DNA from: an uncultured Erysipelotrichaceae bacterium
GTDB taxonomy: Bacteria > Bacillota_I > Bacilli_A > Erysipelotrichales > Erysipelotrichaceae
Direction: 5' to 3'
DNA length: 32,000 nucleotides
Assembly (NCBI GenBank): GCA_942492995.1
Contig: OW818653.1
Location: 780,001 to 812,000 of the forward strand
In this document: positions 26,938 to 32,000 of the stretch, piece by piece
Layout of the letters: every line of letters starts with the position of its first letter
How positions within the stretch are numbered: position 1 is the first letter of the stretch
Program-made: the position numbers and the translations under genes
The notes under the pieces: model-generated
Seen by the model: the letters and a program-made list of their open reading frames with translations, nothing else
Databases searched by the model: none
Told to the model about the DNA's origin: nothing

Positions 26938-27034
26938 ATACTTTCCTCCTTATTGGATATAGAAATACTACTTTTAATTACTATATCAAAATCATTAAAA
27001 ACTTATACGAGTTTTGCTTAGAAATATATATTTT

Positions 27035-28438
27035 TTATTCTTCCGCAATCATTTTACCGATAATACTAACTGAAATAGTATTATAAATTACTCCAAAGTT
27101 ATCAACGACAGACTGATGCATTTTCTGAACAACACTAGATATTTCATCTTTAGTTGTTATTTCTGTATACGATTCTAGTATTATTTTCTCAATAATTTCA
27201 TCTAAATATGGACGTGATGAGATTAATGAATTAAATTCTTCTTCGCTACTAATTCTAAAATATACTTGTACTTGATTACCATCAGGTGTGATTACTGTGG
27301 GTCCAAATTCCGTAAATGAGTAAGTGTCTAAATGGACATATTTTTCATCTGATGTTTCAATTAATAAATCAATGTCATCTTCGTTCGTTAGAACTTGTTT
27401 TATTGTCAGCTCTTTAATATCATCATAGCTTAAATCATTTCGGTCGGTTACAGAGCTTATTTTGTTATATTCTAAGAAATATTCCAATGAAGTCTTATCG
27501 TTGATAACTTGCGTAATTGGTTCACCAGTATCTGGTGTTGAAGTTTCCAGAATTTCAACCTTTGTTACTTCCATGTTGATATTCATTTTTCGCATTGTCT
27601 GATTTAAAATTTCGATTATTCTATTTTCCGATAGATCTTCTAGCGTTTCAATTGTTTCAAATTGGTCAAATGCTTCCTCAATAAATGATTTCTCGTATAG
27701 CTGTTGTTCAATGTTTAATACATCTAAAACGGTTAACAGTTCCTGATTTTTAATTCTATAATCAAAAAGAAAATTAAATGTTGATCTGTCCTCATTCAAA
27801 TCGATTCGTTCAATAAAGTAATTCATTTGGTTTGAATAATTACTACTTTTACTCGCGAAACTTTTGGTTAAATCAGTATAGTAATAAGTGATTTTATGGT
27901 TCGACGGATCTCCGATGAATTCTTTATAACTCATATCAAAATAATTATTTAAAGTTTCAAATTCAGAGTAAAATTGATTCGCAAATGTATCCTTTACTTG
28001 ATAGATTTGAACTGGTTTAGAATAATTATAATTATGATTTTCAAATTCAAGTAGATTACCAAGTATCAAGTCATCTTGATAGCTAACATTAAAGTATCGA
28101 TCATATGTAGTCGAACATTTTGATGTGAATGTTTCTATATCAGTATCTGAATTATTTAGTGTAATAAAAGTGGATCCAAAGATCGCTGGATGATACACAA
28201 AACCATATTCCTTCTCTACTACACTGCACGCCAATACATTATCTTCTTCAAGAAGAAATGTAGTGTATTGGTTGTTCGAACTTAATTCTTTGATATCTGG
28301 ATTTTCAAGAAATATTATTTCTCCAAAAACTTTTGCGACATCCACTGGTGTAAATCGATATTGTTTTGTATAACCAATGATCAATATTATAATTACAATT
28401 AAAAGAATATTACGTATTAGTTTTAAACTTCGTTTCAT
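27035..28438 (-). CDS. hypothetical N-terminally membrane-anchored, acidic extracytoplasmic protein
   Basis: 467-aa ORF with a single N-terminal TM (LKLIRNILLIVIIILIIGY). The remainder is rich in D/E/N/Y/F/I/T/S, and I recognise no motif. The start overlaps the upstream stop as ATGA. Confidence 0.6.
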   Translation of the reverse strand: MKRSLKLIRNILLIVIIILIIGYTKQYRFTPVDVAKVFGEIIFLENPDIKELSSNNQYTTFLLEEDNVLACSVVEKEYGFVYHPAIFGSTFITLNNSDTDIETFTSKCSTTYDRYFNVSYQDDLILGNLLEFENHNYNYSKPVQIYQVKDTFANQFYSEFETLNNYFDMSYKEFIGDPSNHKITYYYTDLTKSFASKSSNYSNQMNYFIERIDLNEDRSTFNFLFDYRIKNQELLTVLDVLNIEQQLYEKSFIEEAFDQFETIETLEDLSENRIIEILNQTMRKMNINMEVTKVEILETSTPDTGEPITQVINDKTSLEYFLEYNKISSVTDRNDLSYDDIKELTIKQVLTNEDDIDLLIETSDEKYVHLDTYSFTEFGPTVITPDGNQVQVYFRISSEEEFNSLISSRPYLDEIIEKIILESYTEITTKDEISSVVQKMHQSVVDNFGVIYNTISVSIIGKMIAEE

Positions 28439-29181
28439 GATGGGACCTCAAATTGGTAAGTAATATTATGAATTGATTCGTTATAGTTAAATGTAAATGA
28501 TTGCGGTGTAGATGATCCTACTTCAAAAAATAATGTTTTGAAACCGAAATACGACTGATTTAAGTCAACAGGAGGAATTAATATCGTGTTGTCTTGTAAG
28601 ATAATTTGTGTAAAATTTGATAAATTATGGTTAAGTAAATATGGTTTAAAAAGATTATAGGGTTCTATTTCTTGATATATGATAGCCATTCTTCCACTTG
28701 GATGAAAGATTACATGTTCCAAGATAATTGTTGATTCTCCGCACTTAAATCGTTCATGTATATCGTACTTAATGATTCCACTACTATCAATAGAATCATA
28801 ATACATATTAAACAAGTAAGTCATATCTAATGCTTTATCTGATATCTCTTGAGTATGTTCTAATACTCTTAGATTAATCGTATACATATAAATGCCGAAA
28901 TATATTATCATTCCAACTAATGCATATCTCGATACAATCCAAAGCCACCCTAACCAAGGCTTATGCACTTTATTCAATTCTCTACCAATGAGTTCAGGAT
29001 CCCCCATTTCTTGAATCACTAATTCCTCATTTTGATTATGATCGATATTATTACGATTGATTTCGTCTTGCAAATCTTCCATATGATTCAGTAATTCTTT
29101 TCTAATAGAATTATGATCAAAGACAAAATGTACATGTTTTAATACCGAACGAATATATTGTTCCTTAGTACTTAAATTCAT
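28435..29181 (-). CDS. PadR-associated single-pass membrane protein (N-terminal helical prefix domain + unknown outer domain)
   Basis: Track ORF 28435..29244. The likely start is ATG 29181 (MNLSTKEQYIRSVLKHV...). The N-terminal YIRSVLKHV...RKELLNHMEDLQDE...EMGDPELIGRELN resembles the helical domain commonly encoded after padR genes. One TM follows (WLGWLWIVSRYALVGMIIYFGIYMY). Confidence 0.55.
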   Translation of the reverse strand: MNLSTKEQYIRSVLKHVHFVFDHNSIRKELLNHMEDLQDEINRNNIDHNQNEELVIQEMGDPELIGRELNKVHKPWLGWLWIVSRYALVGMIIYFGIYMYTINLRVLEHTQEISDKALDMTYLFNMYYDSIDSSGIIKYDIHERFKCGESTIILEHVIFHPSGRMAIIYQEIEPYNLFKPYLLNHNLSNFTQIILQDNTILIPPVDLNQSYFGFKTLFFEVGSSTPQSFTFNYNESIHNITYQFEVPS

Positions 29182-29506
29182 ACGAAAAATTATTGAGTAC
29201 TTTTGAAATGGATGATTGAAAAAGCTCCCAGTTTTTTTGTTCAAACGCGAGGTGTTTTAGTCCTTTGTTTGTAATTTGATAATACTTACGTTCTTTATTA
29301 TTATCTGCACGTTGTGAATATGAACTTACATATCCATTGTTCTCTAATCGATGTAAAATCGGATAAAGCGTTCCTTCTTTTAATTGAAATACATTCTCAG
29401 ATAATATTTCTAAATTTTTGATTATTTCATATCCATACATATCTTTACGACTGATTAATGTAAGAATAAGCAATTCAGACCCCGCCCCAATATAATCTTT
29501 GTTCAT
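29165..29506 (-). CDS. PadR-family transcriptional regulator
   Basis: 113-aa ORF. The winged HTH region reads LILTLISRKDMYGYEIIKNLEILSENVFQLKEGTLYPILHRLENNGYVSSY...RKYYQITNKG. Confidence 0.88.
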   Translation of the reverse strand: MNKDYIGAGSELLILTLISRKDMYGYEIIKNLEILSENVFQLKEGTLYPILHRLENNGYVSSYSQRADNNKERKYYQITNKGLKHLAFEQKNWELFQSSISKVLNNFSYEFKY

Positions 29507-29691
29507 ACATAGTTCTCCTAGGTATATTATACATAGACGTTCTATGCATGTAAAGACTAAGCTTTAATATATTTTAGTTATGAACATATACTATTCTTAT
29601 TACACTAATTTCTACATTATCAATTATCTGTTATCATATAGACGCATCATTTAATAATTTGTATATTAAATACATAGAAATGGAGATCATT

Positions 29692-30861
29692 TTGAAACAT
29701 ATCGTAATCGTAGGAGGCGGTCCATCAGGTTGTATGGCCGCAATATCATGTAAAAGAAATAACCCTGATTATAAAGTCACCTTAGTTGAAGGCAATGATC
29801 GTATAGGCGTTAAATTAAGACTTACAGGTGGTGGAAGATGTAATCTAACAGCCAATGTTAGTGCAGATGAAATCATTCGTCATACGCCACGTAATGGGCG
29901 TTTCCTGTACAGTAGTTTAAGTCAGTTTGATGCTCAATCAATTATGCAATTCTTTAAGGATAGAGGTTTAGCACTAAAAGAAGAAGATCATCATCGTATC
30001 TTCCCGGTTACCGATCGTGCAGAGGATGTAGTAAGAGTTCTAGAAAAAGAGCTACATGCACAAGGTGTTCAGATTAACTACAAAACAAGAGTCAAAAAGA
30101 TTGATACGCAACATCGTAAGTTGATTACGGATCAAGGTGAGATTATTTTCGATTATTTGATACTTGCGATGGGTGGTAGTACTTACCCACAAACAGGTTC
30201 AGACTTCGAAGGTTTCGATTTGATTGCGTCATTAGGTCATACAGTTACAGAACTTAAACCAGCAGAAGTCCCATTGGTGAGTAATGCGGCGATTATTCAG
30301 TCCAAGGAGTTACAAGGATTATCGTTTAAAGATGTATTAATCACGACTTTTGTGGATGATAAAAAGATTATTCAAGTAAAGAATGATTTATTGTTTACAC
30401 ATTTTGGATTATCTGGCCCAGGTGCTTTACAAACAAGTAGTTATTTAACCGATGCGTTTAAGGATGATCATAAAGTACATTTACTTATCGATTTCTTACC
30501 TGATATTCGTTTAGATGATTTACAAGTTCAAATAAAAGAACCAGAAACAGTATTACAAACACATGGTATCCCTAAGCGTTTTATTCAAGTGATAAAACTT
30601 CATTACCCGACGATTGACTTATATACATTAATCAAACGTTTCCCATTAGAATTACATGGAACTCGAGGTTATAATGCGGCATTTGTGACGTGCGGTGGCG
30701 TTAATCTAAAAGAGATAGATCCTAAGACATTACGTTCTAAACTTTATCCTTGGTTATCGATTTGTGGGGAGTCTTTGGATGTGAATTCATTGACTGGTGG
30801 ATTTAATATGACAGTAGCTTTCTCTACTGGTTATACAGCTGGAATGAATATTGATAATTAA
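29692..30861 (+). CDS. NAD(P)/FAD-dependent oxidoreductase, HI0933/YhiN/BaiN family
   Basis: Track ORF 29659..30861. Motifs present are IVIVGGGPSG, LTGGGRCNLT and FTHFGLSGPGAL. The preferred start is TTG 29692 (read as MKHIVIVGGG), 6 nt after GGAG. ATG 29680 is the alternative start. Confidence 0.8.
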   Translation: MKHIVIVGGGPSGCMAAISCKRNNPDYKVTLVEGNDRIGVKLRLTGGGRCNLTANVSADEIIRHTPRNGRFLYSSLSQFDAQSIMQFFKDRGLALKEEDHHRIFPVTDRAEDVVRVLEKELHAQGVQINYKTRVKKIDTQHRKLITDQGEIIFDYLILAMGGSTYPQTGSDFEGFDLIASLGHTVTELKPAEVPLVSNAAIIQSKELQGLSFKDVLITTFVDDKKIIQVKNDLLFTHFGLSGPGALQTSSYLTDAFKDDHKVHLLIDFLPDIRLDDLQVQIKEPETVLQTHGIPKRFIQVIKLHYPTIDLYTLIKRFPLELHGTRGYNAAFVTCGGVNLKEIDPKTLRSKLYPWLSICGESLDVNSLTGGFNMTVAFSTGYTAGMNIDN

Positions 30862-30863
30862 CT

Positions 30864-30893
30864 AATCAACTCAATTGAGTTGATTTTCTTTTT
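30864..30893 (+). terminator. intrinsic terminator after the BaiN-like gene
   Basis: AATCAACTC-aatt-GAGTTGATT followed by TTCTTTTT, starting 3 nt after the stop codon. Confidence 0.8.
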
Positions 30894-30966
30894 AATATTA
30901 AAACTATAAACTATTAACGATAAATTAATAAATAAAAGAATATGATGAAGTTAGGAGGAGACTGCC

Positions 30967-31914
30967 ATGAAATTTAGAAAAATACTAATGATTGTTTTAA
31001 TTGTATTCCTATTCAACGCTTGTTCATCCTTTTCAAATCCTAAAGAAACAAGTACAGATGATAATTATGGTAATACTACTGAAGAAAGTGAAGGAATGAT
31101 CCCATCGTTTACTAATGATGGAATTGATCAAACTAACAAAGATACGACTGGATCACCAAATGAAAAGCTTATCCAAAATATAGGTTTAGAACTAGAGACT
31201 AAAGAATACACAAAAACTGTTAATGATATTGAGGCTTTAGTTAAATTATTAAATGGTTATATACAGAGTTCTTATGTACCTCGACCTCGCAATGATGTGG
31301 AATTTAATAATCTAGAGGCAAATTTAACAGTGATGATTCCAACATCAAGCATAGAAGATTTTATTCTTAAAGCTGGTGCGACTTCGAACATCGTAAATGA
31401 ACGTCGTGAAGTATACAACGTTACCGATGTTTATCGTGATACCGAATCGCGTATTACTACACTGAAAGCTAAAGAAATACGTCTTCTTGAACTACTTCAA
31501 CAATCTGGTTCATTATCCGATTTATTAATGATTGAAACTGAGTTATCAAATACACGTTATGAAATTGAACGTTTAGAATCTTCTATTCAGGACTATGATA
31601 CACGTATTCAATATACACAATTCAACTTAATTATTCGTGAAGTATATGAATTCTCACCTTCTGATCAAGCAAGTTTATGGGAACGAATTGTTGAGGGATT
31701 CTCAAGTAATGCACAAAGTTTTATACGTACACTTGAAACAGGCTTTGTCTATATCGTTACTACCCTTCCATTCTTAATTATTCAATTGTTACTATGGTGT
31801 ACACCATTAATTATCATATTCTTGATTTATCGTAAGTTATCTAAGAAGCATAATTTTAAAAATTGGTTTAACCAAAAAATATCGCCAATTAATAAAGATG
31901 AGAAAAAAGAATAA
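30967..31914 (+). CDS. DUF4349-like lipoprotein
   Basis: 315-aa ORF with RBS AGGAGG. It has a signal peptide with lipobox LFNAC and a central block KLIQNIGLELETKEYTKTVNDIEALVKLLNGYIQSS. A coiled-coil segment and C-terminal TM helices follow, matching the remembered DUF4349 layout. Confidence 0.7.
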   Translation: MKFRKILMIVLIVFLFNACSSFSNPKETSTDDNYGNTTEESEGMIPSFTNDGIDQTNKDTTGSPNEKLIQNIGLELETKEYTKTVNDIEALVKLLNGYIQSSYVPRPRNDVEFNNLEANLTVMIPTSSIEDFILKAGATSNIVNERREVYNVTDVYRDTESRITTLKAKEIRLLELLQQSGSLSDLLMIETELSNTRYEIERLESSIQDYDTRIQYTQFNLIIREVYEFSPSDQASLWERIVEGFSSNAQSFIRTLETGFVYIVTTLPFLIIQLLLWCTPLIIIFLIYRKLSKKHNFKNWFNQKISPINKDEKKE

Positions 31915-31955
31915 TTAAGATATTAGTTAATTATGTGCATTTATAATCTATAATC

Positions 31956-32000
31956 AAAAAAGTCTTAACGAAGCAAAACTTTCTGCTTAGGTAAGACTTT
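31956..32000 (-). terminator. long interrupted hairpin at the window edge, probably a terminator
   Basis: AAAGTCTTA (31959-31967) pairs with TAAGACTTT (31992-32000), with an inner AAGCA/TGCTT pairing. On the minus strand it runs into TTTTTTG. The plus-strand downstream sequence is outside the window. Confidence 0.4.

Noticed and set aside
1-32000. Mobile element, prophage or defence-island interpretation of the accessory-looking regions
   Set aside because: I recognised no integrase, transposase, recombinase, nuclease/helicase/ATPase defence domains, terminal inverted repeats or flanking tRNA. Composition looks uniform by eye across the window.

Overview
AT-rich (about one-third G+C by eye) chromosomal segment from a low-GC Gram-positive bacterium. 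Gene content and pyr operon layout suggest Bacilli/Erysipelotrichia, which is inference. I saw no rRNA, tRNA, CRISPR array, transposase, integrase or phage genes. From 1 to 22.2 kb almost everything is on the minus strand. Left end: a pyrimidine operon, pyrR-pyrB-pyrC-carA-carB (carB runs off the window), with overlapping start/stop codons and two PyrR-type attenuators plus a sigma-A-like promoter. Next come a Zn-ribbon/DUF805 membrane protein, a GPH-family sugar symporter, a frameshifted GNAT and an intact GNAT. These are followed by a small HesB-like Cys-rich protein, a DUF2975/XRE pair, tex, a small membrane protein, a phosphoribosyltransferase-fold protein, and a membrane-RpiR-(DJ-1-like x2)-AEC transporter gene string. 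The most unusual region is about 17.3-24.8 kb. It holds a tightly packed minus-strand operon in which two paralogous polytopic membrane proteins flank an 893-aa multi-cluster Fe-S/GltD-like flavoprotein and an orphan HypA-type metallochaperone. An AraC regulator is transcribed divergently from it and is followed by a cytoplasmic fumarate-reductase-family FAD enzyme. I cannot map this combination onto any characterised redox complex. The right end carries VanW, a seven-blade RCC1-like repeat protein, a YciI-like protein, a PadR operon with two uncharacterised membrane-anchored proteins, a BaiN/HI0933-family flavoprotein and a DUF4349 lipoprotein. All family calls come from reading the translations and recalling motifs; no database search was run.
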